Assembly: GCA_963734705.1 (NCBI GenBank)
Contig: CAVTII010000015.1
Location: 400,778 to 464,777, forward strand
Direction: 5' to 3'
From: an uncultured Acidobacteriota bacterium
GTDB taxonomy: Bacteria; Acidobacteriota; Terriglobia; Acidiferrales; UBA7541
DNA length: 64,000 nucleotides
The notes under the pieces are model-generated. The model did not search any database, was not told where the DNA came from, and worked only from the letters and a program-made list of their open reading frames with translations. How positions within the stretch are numbered: position 1 is the first letter of the stretch; each line of letters opens with the position of its first letter. The translations under genes were made by a program, and so were the position numbers. This document shows, one piece after another, positions 27,593 through 37,102 of the stretch.

Positions 27593-27999
27593 CGGGTGAA
27601 GTGAGAAAGAAGGCGGCGCTCTGGCTGGCGCTGGTGTTTGTGCTGGGCGCGGCAACGGGCGGAGTGTTTGGGTTCAACCTGGCACACCGGAGTTATGCGT
27701 CAACAAAGGCGCCCGTGCTGAATGATGCGGAGCGGCGGGCGAAGAAAGTGGACGAGATGACGCGGGAGATTGGGTTGGACGCGGAGCAATCGAAGAAAGT
27801 GGACGCGATCATCACCGGGGCACAAGCAGAGATGCGTTCGATCCGGGATAAGGGCGAAACGGAAGTGGACGCGGTGCGGATGAAGGCGCGGGACGAAATG
27901 CGGACGCTTTTGACGCCGGAGCAGAAAGCGAAATTTGAGGAGTATGTGAAGCGATTGGACGAGGAGCATAAGAGGACGAAAGAGGGGCAGGGGCATTGA
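27589..27999 (+). CDS. periplasmic Spy/CpxP-like (LTXXQ motif) protein
   Basis: It overlaps the previous stop by 4 bp. It has a signal/anchor ALWLALVFVLGAATGGVFG and motifs LDAEQSKKV and LLTPEQKAKFEEY. Confidence 0.65.
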   Translation: MTGEVRKKAALWLALVFVLGAATGGVFGFNLAHRSYASTKAPVLNDAERRAKKVDEMTREIGLDAEQSKKVDAIITGAQAEMRSIRDKGETEVDAVRMKARDEMRTLLTPEQKAKFEEYVKRLDEEHKRTKEGQGH

Positions 28000-28038
28000 T
28001 CGAAAGATAGAAAATAGAAATTGGAAAATAGAAAGTAC

Positions 28039-28066
28039 GGGAGGCCTGGGGCCTCCCGTTTTTTTT
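28039..28066 (+). terminator. rho-independent terminator
   Basis: GGGAGGCC-TGG-GGCCTCCC followed by GTTTTTTTT, 40 nt after the stop at 27999. Confidence 0.85.
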
Positions 28067-28122
28067 GGTGGAACGTCGGTGAGGCGGGTTTATTCGGTGC
28101 CGGGTTGTGAGGTGGGTGGGTT

Positions 28123-28208
28123 GTGTCGCGCCTACGGCGCTTGGGATGTTTCGGGGTTTTTTCCCCAGCTTACGCGCTGGGCTAGATTGTTTTGCGCTTA
28201 CGGCGCTT
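28123..28208 (+). repeat. ~86-bp three-hairpin interspersed repeat (GCGCCTACGGCGC ... CCCAGC-N-GCTGGG ... GCGCTTACGGCGC)
   Basis: Copies lie at 36626..36710 and 38551..38638. Confidence 0.75.
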
Positions 28209-28468
28209 GTTTGGGAGCGGGATTGGTATTCGCGACGAATTTAGGTGTCAGCAGAAAGAGCGGGAAGGCTCGAGAATCCAAGCAATCGACATAAAGCAGC
28301 CCTTACGGAATCGAAGGTTGGGAGAAGAGGGCGACCGCCTGCGCCGCAAAAGGCGCGGCTACGGCGGGCTGGCCCTTGCTCGCCTGGCCTTCGTTGCTCA
28401 GGGTAAACAAGATACAGGCGCCACCATGGCGTGCAGCTACGCGGAGCACGGGACACGAGACATGTGGG

Positions 28469-29617
28469 TTAGTGGTCGAGGTAGAAGCCGTCGCGGGTTT
28501 GGACGGTGAGGTCTTTGGGTTTAACGGCGAGGGAGAGTTTGTGGTAGCCGGGCGTGGCGTCGGGCTTGTCGGGAGTGTAGCCGAGGACGTATTGGTTGCG
28601 GAGTTCTTGATCGATGGCGGCGTAAATTTTGTCGAGTGGTTCTTTTTTGGAGACTTCGAAGAAACGGCCGCCGGAGGTTTTTGCGAGTTGTTGCAGGACT
28701 TTTTTGCCGTCCGGGCGTGACTCTTCGGTGCGACGCGGATAGCCTCCGCCGTGACCGCCCATCCCCCCGCCGCCCATACCGCCGCCATGGCCGCCCATGC
28801 CCCCGCCCATGTGAGGCCCCCCGTAGCCACCACCGCCGCCGTAACCTTCTTTGTCTTCGAAGAGGATGCAGTAGACGAGCGTGTCGGCGCGTTGCGCGGT
28901 TTCGATGGCTTCATCGAGAGATTCCTTGCTGCCGCGGTCCACGCCATCGGTGAGGATGATGAGGGCTTTGCGGCCTTGTTGTTTTTTCATGAGCTCGACG
29001 GAGGCTAGATAGACTGCGTCATAGAGGAGTGTGCCGGCGCCGCTGTGGCCATGGGAGCCGTGGCCGCCGCTTCCACCGCCGGAGTTTCCTCCGCTAGTGG
29101 ATGTTTGAGAGAACTGCGGAGAATGGAAGTGGTCAATGGCAGCCTCGAGTTTCTGGCGCGAGGAGGTGAGGTCCTGGAGGAGTTCGACTTCGTAATCGAA
29201 ATGGATGACGAAGGCTTTGTCTTTATCTTCACGGAGAAGATGGTCGAGAAAAGAGCGGCTGGCGGAAAGTTCCTGAGCGAGGACGCGGCGCTGGCTGAGG
29301 CTGGTGTCCACGAGGAGGCCGAGTGTGAGGGGGAGATCGGATTCTTTGGCGAAATAGGTGATGGTTTGTGGCTTGGTGTCCTGAGTGAGGACGAAGTCGT
29401 CTTTGGAGAGATTGTTGACGAGGGCGCCGTGTTTATCGCGAACGGTGGCGAGGAGATTGACCGCATTGACGTTGACAGTGATGGGAGCGGACTGTTGGGC
29501 GAGTACGAGAGGGAGGTTAAGGAGGAAAAGGAAGAAAAGGAGATAGAGGAACGGATGTGAGGGAGTGCGCGATGTTTGGCGAACGGAAGAGTTTGGGCGT
29601 GCGGGGGGTTGGGTCAT
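28469..29617 (-). CDS. VWA domain protein of the VWFA-related Acidobacterial type, with Gly/His/Met-rich inserts
   Basis: Signal/anchor FLYLLFFLFLLNLPLVLAQQ. N-terminal ITVNVNAVNLLATVRDKHGALVNNLSKDDFVLTQD is typical of this family. VWA: LVDTSLSQ...ALIILTDGVDRGS. The start is uncertain (29617 or 29662). Confidence 0.75.
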   Translation of the reverse strand: MTQPPARPNSSVRQTSRTPSHPFLYLLFFLFLLNLPLVLAQQSAPITVNVNAVNLLATVRDKHGALVNNLSKDDFVLTQDTKPQTITYFAKESDLPLTLGLLVDTSLSQRRVLAQELSASRSFLDHLLREDKDKAFVIHFDYEVELLQDLTSSRQKLEAAIDHFHSPQFSQTSTSGGNSGGGSGGHGSHGHSGAGTLLYDAVYLASVELMKKQQGRKALIILTDGVDRGSKESLDEAIETAQRADTLVYCILFEDKEGYGGGGGYGGPHMGGGMGGHGGGMGGGGMGGHGGGYPRRTEESRPDGKKVLQQLAKTSGGRFFEVSKKEPLDKIYAAIDQELRNQYVLGYTPDKPDATPGYHKLSLAVKPKDLTVQTRDGFYLDH

Positions 29618-29762
29618 TTCGCGTTGGGAGGGGGTGGCCGGTCCGGGGACCGGCCACTGCATTGATGTCTCCTGCAGGATTGCTCGGTTGCTGTAGGGTA
29701 TTCCCGGATGAGGGGAAGAAAGTTCCCGGGAGTTGGGTGGGGGTTTGGTATGCTCCCCCCTT

Positions 29763-29893
29763 CGCCCGCCTTCGCCGCGTGAGGCGCGCGGCTACGGCGG
29801 GCTGGCCCGGGGTGCCTGCCCTTCGATGCTCAGGGTAAACAAGATGCAGGCCCTACCGGTGGCGCGGCCCGCTTCAGAAAGCGGGCGCTACGG
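29763..29893 (+). repeat. tandem block of three repeat modules (CGCC-TTCGCCGC..GCGGCTACGGCGGG; CCCTTCGATGCTCAGGGTAAACAAGATGCAGGCCCTACC; GGCCCGC-TTCAGAAA-GCGGGCGCTAC)
   Basis: Each module recurs elsewhere (9612, 28331, 38824, 41428). Confidence 0.7.
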
Positions 29894-29906
29894 AGAGAGA
29901 AAAGGG

Positions 29907-30866
29907 ATGAAGCGGAAATTTTTGGTGGATACGGATACGGCTTCGGATGATGCGGTGGCGCTGATTATGGCGCTGCGGTCACCGGAGGTGGAGGTGGTTG
30001 GGATTACTGCGGTGGCGGGGAATGTGGAGGTGCGACAGGCGAGCCGGAATGCGTTGTATACGGCGGAACTCTGTGGCGCGAATGTACCGGTGTTTACTGG
30101 GGCGGAGAAGCCGCTGACGCGGGCGCATAAGAGTGCGGACTGGTTCCACGGGAAGGATGGGTTGGGGGATCACGGGTATGCAGCGCCGCGGCGGGAGTCG
30201 GAAAAGTTGGCGGCGTGGGATGCGATTGTGGAGTTGGTGGAGGCGCATCCGGGATTGGTGATGGTAACGCTGGGGCCGCTTACGAATGTGGCGTTGGCGC
30301 TGCAGCGCGCGCCGGAGATTGCGCGGAAGGTTGGCCGGTGCGTGGTGATGGGCGGGGCGCCGTGCTGCGAAGGGAATGTGACGCCGGCGGCGGAATACAA
30401 CATCTGGTGCGATCCGGAGGCGGCGCGAATCGTGGTGCGGAGCGGGTTGCCGGTGGAGTTGGTGGGATGGCATTTGTGCCGCGGAGATGCGGTGTTGAAT
30501 CCGCAGGATATTGACAAAGTTTTGGGCTTCGGGACGCCGCTGGCGAAATTTGCGATTGAGTGCAACAGCCGGGCGAAGGAGGCGTATTTTGTGCAGACCG
30601 GGGAGCACGGAATTTCGTTGCCGGACCCGGTGGCGATGGCAGTGGCGTTGAAGGAAGAGATTGTGACGTCGGCATCAGAGCATTGGATGGATGTGGAGAC
30701 GGAGAGCGCTCTGACGCTGGGAATGACGGTGGTTGACCGGTTGAATGTTGCGGAGGATGAGCGGAATCGCGAGGTGTGGGCGAGGAAGAGGGGGAGGAAG
30801 GCGAAGATTGTTTGGGAGATTAAAAATGAGGAGTGGAAAGCGGAGTTGTTTGCGAGGTTGAGGTAA
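29907..30866 (+). CDS. nucleoside hydrolase (inosine/uridine-preferring family)
   Basis: Start chosen at MKRKFLVDTDTASDDAVALIMAL (DXDXXXDD motif). Further motifs: VVGITAVAGNV, TLGPLTNVA. Confidence 0.85.
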   Translation: MKRKFLVDTDTASDDAVALIMALRSPEVEVVGITAVAGNVEVRQASRNALYTAELCGANVPVFTGAEKPLTRAHKSADWFHGKDGLGDHGYAAPRRESEKLAAWDAIVELVEAHPGLVMVTLGPLTNVALALQRAPEIARKVGRCVVMGGAPCCEGNVTPAAEYNIWCDPEAARIVVRSGLPVELVGWHLCRGDAVLNPQDIDKVLGFGTPLAKFAIECNSRAKEAYFVQTGEHGISLPDPVAMAVALKEEIVTSASEHWMDVETESALTLGMTVVDRLNVAEDERNREVWARKRGRKAKIVWEIKNEEWKAELFARLR

Positions 30867-30907
30867 AGGAAGTTAAGGAGGTAGAGGAGCGGAGGGAGGA
30901 AAAGCGG

Positions 30908-30959
30908 ATCCCTCCGCTTCTGCCAGCGAAAGACGCTGGCCTTCGGTCGGGATGACAGG
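30908..30959 (+). repeat. interspersed repeat ATCCCTCCGCT-[hairpin]-TTCGGTCGGGATGACAGG
   Basis: Same family as 20602. A further diverged copy lies at 31051..31117. Confidence 0.65.
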
Positions 30960-31274
30960 TTTTTTTGGGCGGGAAAGTGGGGGAGTTTTTTGTCGTAGCG
31001 CGTTGGCAGAGGGCGGTGGAGGAGAGATATTGCTGCGGTGATAGGTTGAGATCCTTCGGCCCGCTTAGGGCGCCCTTCGCGAAAGCGCTTGGGGCGAGCG
31101 GGCCTCAGGATGACAGGTTTTTTTTCGGTGCGGTGAGAGAAGAGGGATTTTTTTTGGGGCGGGTCGGAGTGGTGACGAGTTTTGGGAGCGGCGGTAGGTT
31201 TCGGGATTGAGGAATGCTTGAAATCGAAGAGGGATGGGCAAGCCCATCCCCTACAAGGAAAGGAGAGGAGGAAT

Positions 31275-32336
31275 ATGTACATAGGTGGGGGGTATATGCG
31301 GAATGGTTGGGTGGCCGTGGCGCTTGTGATTGGGATGCTGGTGACGGGAAGTATGTTGGGGGCGGCGGCGAAGGGGAGCGGGGAGGGAAAGGCGACGCTG
31401 CTGGTGGTGAACCAGGGCGATGCGAATTTGAGTCTAGTGGATCCGGTGGCGGAAAAGGTGGTGGGCGGGATTTCTGAGGAGTTGACGGACGTGCACGGAC
31501 ACGAAGTGGCGGCTTCGCCGGATGGGCAGACGGCGTACGTGCCGATTTACGGAAGCACCGGTGTGGGGAAGCCAGGCATTGACGGGCACGAAATGCTGGT
31601 GATGGATATCAAGAAAAAGAAGATTACCGGCCGCGTGGATTTTGGGAGCGGCGTGCGGCCGCACTGCGTGGTGTATGACCCGGTGAGCAAGATGCTTTAC
31701 GTGACCACAGAGCTGAAGAACAGCGTGACGATTGTGGATCCGAAGACGCTGAAGATTGTGGGAGAAATCCCGACGGGGCAGGCCGAGTCTCACATGCTGG
31801 CGATTTCGCCGGATGGGCAGCGGGGGTACACAGCGAATGTGGGGCCGGGGACAGTGTCCGTGCTGGATATTCCGGGACGCAAAACGATCGCGGTGATTCC
31901 GGTTTCACAGACGGTGCAGCGGATCGCGCTTTCGCGCAGCGGAGGGACGGCGTTCACGGCGGACCAGACGAAGCCGCAACTGGTGGTGATTGATACGGCG
32001 ACGGACACGGTGAAGCGGCGGATCGATTTGCCTTCGCTGGCGTACGGAACGGCGGCGACGCTGGATGGGCAATGGCTGGTGGTGACGACGGATCATGCCG
32101 TGGCGGTGGTGGACCTGGGGATACTGGAAGTGTCGCAGATGATTGATGTGCCGGGGAAACCGCAGGAGGTGCTGATGTCGCCGGATGGAAGAGTGGCGTA
32201 CATTTCGTGCGAGATGGGCGCGGAAAATGGCAAGGTGGCGGTGCTGGATTTGCACGAGTGGAAGGTGAAGGCGTTGATCGATGCGGGGAAGTATCCGGAT
32301 GGATTGGCTTGGGCGGAAGGGGGAGAAACGAAGTAA
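31275..32336 (+). CDS. YVTN-family beta-propeller repeat protein, secreted
   Basis: ATG preceded by AGGAGAGGAGG. Signal peptide WVAVALVIGMLVTGSMLGAAA. It is a paralogue of 15184..16182 and 5185..6315. Confidence 0.75.
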   Translation: MYIGGGYMRNGWVAVALVIGMLVTGSMLGAAAKGSGEGKATLLVVNQGDANLSLVDPVAEKVVGGISEELTDVHGHEVAASPDGQTAYVPIYGSTGVGKPGIDGHEMLVMDIKKKKITGRVDFGSGVRPHCVVYDPVSKMLYVTTELKNSVTIVDPKTLKIVGEIPTGQAESHMLAISPDGQRGYTANVGPGTVSVLDIPGRKTIAVIPVSQTVQRIALSRSGGTAFTADQTKPQLVVIDTATDTVKRRIDLPSLAYGTAATLDGQWLVVTTDHAVAVVDLGILEVSQMIDVPGKPQEVLMSPDGRVAYISCEMGAENGKVAVLDLHEWKVKALIDAGKYPDGLAWAEGGETK

Positions 32337-32517
32337 GGAAATAAGGAAGTAAAGAAGTAATGAAATAAAGAAGTAATGGGATAAGAAAAAGGCGGGATTG
32401 GAGAAGACGGCCTGCTACAGTCGGCGGGCCCTACCGGATGATTGCGGAGACGCGGCAGCACCGGGATGGAATGGGAGTGGGATTTGAAATAGGATGGGGC
32501 GGGACAGGAGGCAGGAC

Positions 32518-33093
32518 ATGAGACGGAATTGGGCGGGGAAATTTGTTTGGGCGATGGTGTTGGCGGCTGGATTGGTGACGTGCGCGGCGGCGCAGGAGAA
32601 GATGGCGCCGGAGGCGTACTCGGGAGTGGCGGTTGGCACCGGCGGGTCGGTGGGCGGGAAGACGGTGCAATTTGATTTTCGGGTGACGAGCTGGACGACG
32701 GACGATGAGGTGCAGAAGTTCGCGCAACTGGTGAAGGATCAGGGAACGGATGCGCTGAGGCGGGCGCTGGAAAAGGAAGACAAGGGGCGCATCAACGCGG
32801 TGGGGACGACGGGGACGCAGATCGGGGTGGCGCGGAAACGCCAGGTGGCCGACGGGACGGTGATCACGATTGTGACGGCGCGGTATATGCCGTTTGTGGA
32901 GCTCTATAATTCGGGCCGGTCCAAGGACTATCCATTTGCGTATATCCAGGTGAAGCTGAACGAAAAGGGCGAAGGAACCGGGCAGATTATGGCGGCGGCG
33001 AAGATCAAATTTAACAAGAAGAGCGGGAAGTATGAGATTGAGAGTTTCGGGAATCAGTATATTAAGGCGGTGAATGTGCGGCCGTGGAAATAG
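32518..33093 (+). CDS. secreted protein of unknown function
   Basis: Signal peptide MRRNWAGKFVWAMVLAAGLVTCAAAQ. I recognise no motif. A terminator follows. Confidence 0.6.
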   Translation: MRRNWAGKFVWAMVLAAGLVTCAAAQEKMAPEAYSGVAVGTGGSVGGKTVQFDFRVTSWTTDDEVQKFAQLVKDQGTDALRRALEKEDKGRINAVGTTGTQIGVARKRQVADGTVITIVTARYMPFVELYNSGRSKDYPFAYIQVKLNEKGEGTGQIMAAAKIKFNKKSGKYEIESFGNQYIKAVNVRPWK

Positions 33094-33137
33094 GAAGCGA
33101 ACAGATAGCAGCTAGCAGATAACAGGAAGCAGGAGGG

Positions 33138-33168
33138 CCGGGCTTGGTTGTGGGCCCGGTCTTTTTTT
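33138..33168 (+). terminator. rho-independent terminator
   Basis: CCGGGC-loop-GCCCGG followed by TCTTTTTTT. Confidence 0.65.
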
Positions 33169-33239
33169 GTGCGGAAGGGGCACTGGTGGATTGAACACAG
33201 GTGGAGGTGGGTGGGGCGAGGTTGTGATTTGATTAAAGT

Positions 33240-33575
33240 ATGCAAGGATTACGCCCGCAGGATCGGCGACAGAGCCGACGCCTGAAAATTGGACAGCCGC
33301 TGAAGCTGCGCCCAACAGACCCGCAGGTTGCGGTGTTTGAAGATTTCAGCACCACGAAAAATGTGTCCCGCGAGGGGATTTATTTTCTGACGCAGAAGAA
33401 GGCGTACCTGGAGGGGATGCGGCTGTTTGTGACGCTGCCCTACCACGGGCCGAACGACATGCGGAACCACGAGTACGTGGGACAGGTGCTGCGGGTGGAC
33501 ATGAGCCGGGAAGGCCAGTGGGGGGTTGCGCTGCAACTGCTGACGCCGCTGACGAGTAATGAAGTAAAGAAATAA
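33240..33575 (+). CDS. PilZ domain protein (c-di-GMP binding)
   Basis: It has the RRQSRR (RxxxR) and NVSREG (D/NxSxxG) motif pair at the correct spacing. Confidence 0.75.
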   Translation: MQGLRPQDRRQSRRLKIGQPLKLRPTDPQVAVFEDFSTTKNVSREGIYFLTQKKAYLEGMRLFVTLPYHGPNDMRNHEYVGQVLRVDMSREGQWGVALQLLTPLTSNEVKK

Positions 33576-33783
33576 AGAAAAAGCGGAAGAGGGAATTCAC
33601 CACAGAGGGCACAGAGCACACGGAGAAATTCGGAGTTCAGGAAGAAGTTGGATGGTCCCACCGTTGTTAAAGTGAAATCCAGGACAATTTAAGTGAATTG
33701 AAATCCAGCGGAGTGGCGACGCATGGCGGTGAGCGGGCGTGCTAAGCTCGCAGGTCCAGCCAAATTACCGGTGCGAGGAGCGT

Positions 33784-36612
33784 ATGGGGGAAGAAAACGC
33801 CAAGCCTGGGCCTGATCCGGAAACCGGCAAGAGAAGCGACGCAAATTCCAAAGAGACAAACGAACAGCAGAGCGCACAGCCAAATCCAGAGCTGGAGGAG
33901 ACGTTCGAAGGGACGGCTCGCACCGCTGGAGGGAATGAAACCACTCTGGAGGGTGGAGGGCGAACGCCTAGCGGCGCGGGGCTGGGCGCTCGCTCGATTG
34001 GACCCTACACGCTGCTGCGCATACTGGGCGAAGGCGGCATGGGACAGGTGTGGCTGGCGGAACAGACTACGCCGGTGAAGCGGCGCGTGGCGCTGAAGCT
34101 GATCAAGGGCGGACTCTACGACAACCGGGTGATGCAGCGGTTTGATGCCGAGCGCCAATCGCTGGCGGTGATGAATCACCCGACGATCGCGAAGATTTTC
34201 GATGCGGGCTCAACGGCGGATGGGCAGCCGTATTTCGTAATGGAGTACGTGGATGGGCCTTCCATCACGCGTTATTGCGACAATAAAAAGTTTAAAATTC
34301 GCGAGCGGCTAGAATTGTTTATGAAGGTTTGCGAAGGCGTGCAGTACGCGCACCAGAAGGCGATCATTCACCGAGACCTGAAGCCATCGAACGTGCTGGT
34401 GGAAGAGGTGGACGGCAAACCGGTGCCGCGGATTATTGATTTCGGAATCGCGAAAGCAATTATCGCCGAAGGAGATGAGGAGCGCGCGCAGATGACGCGG
34501 GCGGGCGCGCTGATCGGGACGCCAGGATTTATCAGCTCGGAACAGGCGGATCCGGGTTTGCAGGACGTGGATACGCGCGCGGACGTTTACTCACTGGGAG
34601 TGATTCTTTATGTGCTGCTGACGGGCTGTTTGCCGTCTGACCACAGAGAGTGGACCAACCGGCCGATTGATGAAGTGCTGCGGCAATTGCGGCAGGAAGA
34701 CCCGCCAAGTCCAAGCGCGAAACTGAGAGACGACCGGAAGACAGCGACGGAAAGCGCCGAGAAACGATCCAGCGACCAGGAGCAGTTGGTGAGCCAACTG
34801 CGCGGGGACCTGGACTGGATCACGATGAAGGCGGTGGAGAAAGACCGCACGCGGCGGTATGGAAAGCCGACGGAGCTTGCGGCGGACATCGAGCGGTATC
34901 TGACGAACCAGCCGGTGACAGCGCGAAAGGCGAGCGCGGGGTACCGGCTGCAGAAATATGTGCGGCGGCACCGGCTGGGCGTGGCGGTTGGACTGGGGGC
35001 GGCGGCATTGCTGGTGGTTTTCGCAGGGATGCAGACTGTGGAGTTGCGGCGGATCCGGCGGGAGCGTGACCGGGCAAACCGGATCGCGGAGTTTATGTCC
35101 AACATGTTTCGTGTTTCAGACCCGAGCGAGTCAAGAGGGAATACGGTGACCGCGCGGGAGATTTTGGATAAGGCGGCGGCGAATATTGACAAGGGACTGA
35201 CGCAAGATCCGGGAGTGCGTACGCAGTTGATGGATTTGACGGGGACGGTGTACCAGAATTTGGGATTGTATTCCAGGTCGCAGGCGCTGCTGGAGCGCGC
35301 CGTGGAGATTCAGAAGCAGGCGCTTGGGCCGGAGAAGGAGGAGACGCTGAAGTCGGAATCGGATCTGGCATGGACGCTGGATCACGAAGGGGAGTACGCG
35401 GAAGCGGAAAAACTGGAGCGGGAAGTGTTGGCGGCCGAGCACCGCACGATGGGTGCGACGGACCCGCAAACCATCCGGACCATGAACAACCTGGGGTGGA
35501 CACTGCACCGAGGAGGCCATCCGGCAGAGGCGGAGAAGGTGGAGCTGGGGTCCAGCGTGGCGGCGCGGAAAGCGTTTGGAGCGCAAAGTCCGCTGACGAT
35601 TGCCGCGGAGGCCAACCTGGCGGTGATTCTGTCTTCCGAAGAAAAATATCCGGAGGCGGAAAAACTGCAGCGAGAGCTGCTGGAAGCCTACCGGAAACTC
35701 TATGGAGCGGACCAGCCGGAGACTTTGCAGGTGATGGACAACCTGGCAACCACGCTGAGCCATGAGAAGAAATACGCGGACGCGGAGAAACTGGAGCGCG
35801 AGACTTTGGAGGCGGAGCGACGCGTGTTGGGTCCAGACCATCCGTTTACCGCCGAAACGATCGACAACCTGGCGTACACGCTGCTGCGAGACGGACACTA
35901 CGCGGAAGCGGAAGCAATGCAGCGGGAATCGCTGGAGATTGAAAAGCGCGTCTTAGGGCCGGAACACCCAGACACGCTGCTGACGATGCTGAATATCGCG
36001 GTGACGCTGAATGCAGTGGGCAAGGTGGCGGAGGGAGACAAACTGGCACGGGAAACGCTGGGAATCTCACAACGCGTGTTGGGGCCAGCGCACCCGTTCA
36101 CGCCGAACACGATGCAATATTTTGTGGAGGAATATACGCCGCTGCACAAATACAAAGAAGTGGAGATGGAGCAGCGCGAGATTTTGGTGGTGGAGGAGAA
36201 GAATTTTGGGCCAGAAGATCCGAGGCCTTTAAGTGAGATGCAGTCGATCGCGTTTACGCTGGCGAATGAGAAACGATTTGAGGATGCGCAGAGGATGCTG
36301 GGGGCGGTAAGGGAGATTCAGAGGAAGAAATTGGGCATGGATGATGCGCGGACGGCGGGGACGACGTACAACATGGCGTGCATTGCCGCGCGTGCGGGGA
36401 AGAAGGAGGAGGCGCTGGCGTATTTGCAGGAGGCGATGGAGAACGGGTTGGGGGCGGATGTGGCGGCGGGGATGGGGGAGGATACGGATTTGGCGGGATT
36501 GCGGAGGGATGTGAGATTTGCGGGTTTGGTGGAAGAGGGAAGAAGAGGGGAACGAAGTAAAGAGGAGGGATGCGGGGATATTTTTGCGGGGAGCGAGAAT
36601 CTTGGGTCGTGA
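33784..36612 (+). CDS. Ser/Thr protein kinase with one TM segment and C-terminal TPR repeat array
   Basis: Kinase motifs: GEGGMGQVWLA, VALKLIK, HRDLKPSNVLV, DFGIAK, GTPGFISSEQ. TM: LGVAVGLGAAALLVVFAG. Then about 12 repeats of the type YAEAEKLEREVL...LG.DHP.T. The start is uncertain. Confidence 0.9.
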   Translation: MGEENAKPGPDPETGKRSDANSKETNEQQSAQPNPELEETFEGTARTAGGNETTLEGGGRTPSGAGLGARSIGPYTLLRILGEGGMGQVWLAEQTTPVKRRVALKLIKGGLYDNRVMQRFDAERQSLAVMNHPTIAKIFDAGSTADGQPYFVMEYVDGPSITRYCDNKKFKIRERLELFMKVCEGVQYAHQKAIIHRDLKPSNVLVEEVDGKPVPRIIDFGIAKAIIAEGDEERAQMTRAGALIGTPGFISSEQADPGLQDVDTRADVYSLGVILYVLLTGCLPSDHREWTNRPIDEVLRQLRQEDPPSPSAKLRDDRKTATESAEKRSSDQEQLVSQLRGDLDWITMKAVEKDRTRRYGKPTELAADIERYLTNQPVTARKASAGYRLQKYVRRHRLGVAVGLGAAALLVVFAGMQTVELRRIRRERDRANRIAEFMSNMFRVSDPSESRGNTVTAREILDKAAANIDKGLTQDPGVRTQLMDLTGTVYQNLGLYSRSQALLERAVEIQKQALGPEKEETLKSESDLAWTLDHEGEYAEAEKLEREVLAAEHRTMGATDPQTIRTMNNLGWTLHRGGHPAEAEKVELGSSVAARKAFGAQSPLTIAAEANLAVILSSEEKYPEAEKLQRELLEAYRKLYGADQPETLQVMDNLATTLSHEKKYADAEKLERETLEAERRVLGPDHPFTAETIDNLAYTLLRDGHYAEAEAMQRESLEIEKRVLGPEHPDTLLTMLNIAVTLNAVGKVAEGDKLARETLGISQRVLGPAHPFTPNTMQYFVEEYTPLHKYKEVEMEQREILVVEEKNFGPEDPRPLSEMQSIAFTLANEKRFEDAQRMLGAVREIQRKKLGMDDARTAGTTYNMACIAARAGKKEEALAYLQEAMENGLGADVAAGMGEDTDLAGLRRDVRFAGLVEEGRRGERSKEEGCGDIFAGSENLGS

Positions 36613-36625
36613 CTGGGTGAGAATG

Positions 36626-36710
36626 TGTCGCGCCTACGGCGCTGGGATTTGGGTGGGTGATGACCCAGGGCTGCGCGCTGGGCAAGACTCTTGCGCGGCT
36701 CCGCAGCTGG
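36626..36710 (+). repeat. ~86-bp three-hairpin repeat (family as 28123)
   Basis: TGTCGCGCCTACGGCGCTGGGA...CCCAGGGCTGCGCGCTGGGC...GCGCGGCTCCGCAGCTGG. Confidence 0.7.
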
Positions 36711-36770
36711 AGCGGAAAAGGGTACGCGTTCGCGACGGAAGGCGGGAGGTAGGTGATGAAGAGGGGATTC

Positions 36771-36870
36771 GCTGGCCAATCTGGAGATTGGCGCTCCTTT
36801 AAGGAGGAGTTGCTGGCCGATCTGGAGATTCAATCCGCACAATTCGCGGGATGGCGAAGAGTTGGGGCTC
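36771..36870 (+). repeat. two copies of the ~60-bp GCTGGCCAATCTGGAGATT...GGCGCTCC repeat; the first (36771..36797) lacks the internal hairpin
   Basis: Compare the copies at 45568, 55975 and 58063. Confidence 0.75.
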
Positions 36871-36902
36871 GGAGGAGCGGGCTGGGTACTGGGGAAAAGG
36901 CG

Positions 36903-36926
36903 GCTAGCATGAAAGCTAGCGCTACA
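36903..36926 (+). repeat. REP family c (GCTAGC-ATGAAA-GCTAGC + GCTACA)
   Basis: Hairpin plus CTACA tail. Confidence 0.8.
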
Positions 36927-37102
36927 TAGAGAGGGGCAGCGGTTGCACGAGGGGCGGATTGCGATTGGGGAGCTACTGGTGCCAGGGGGGGAAGTGGGGG
37001 GCTAGCGGGGGACGTTTTGGGAGTATAGGTGCTTCGTACAGGCGGCCGAGGAGGACGGCGACGAGTCGCGTAGGAGGGGCGAGGGTTGGCTAAGCTTTCC
37101 TG

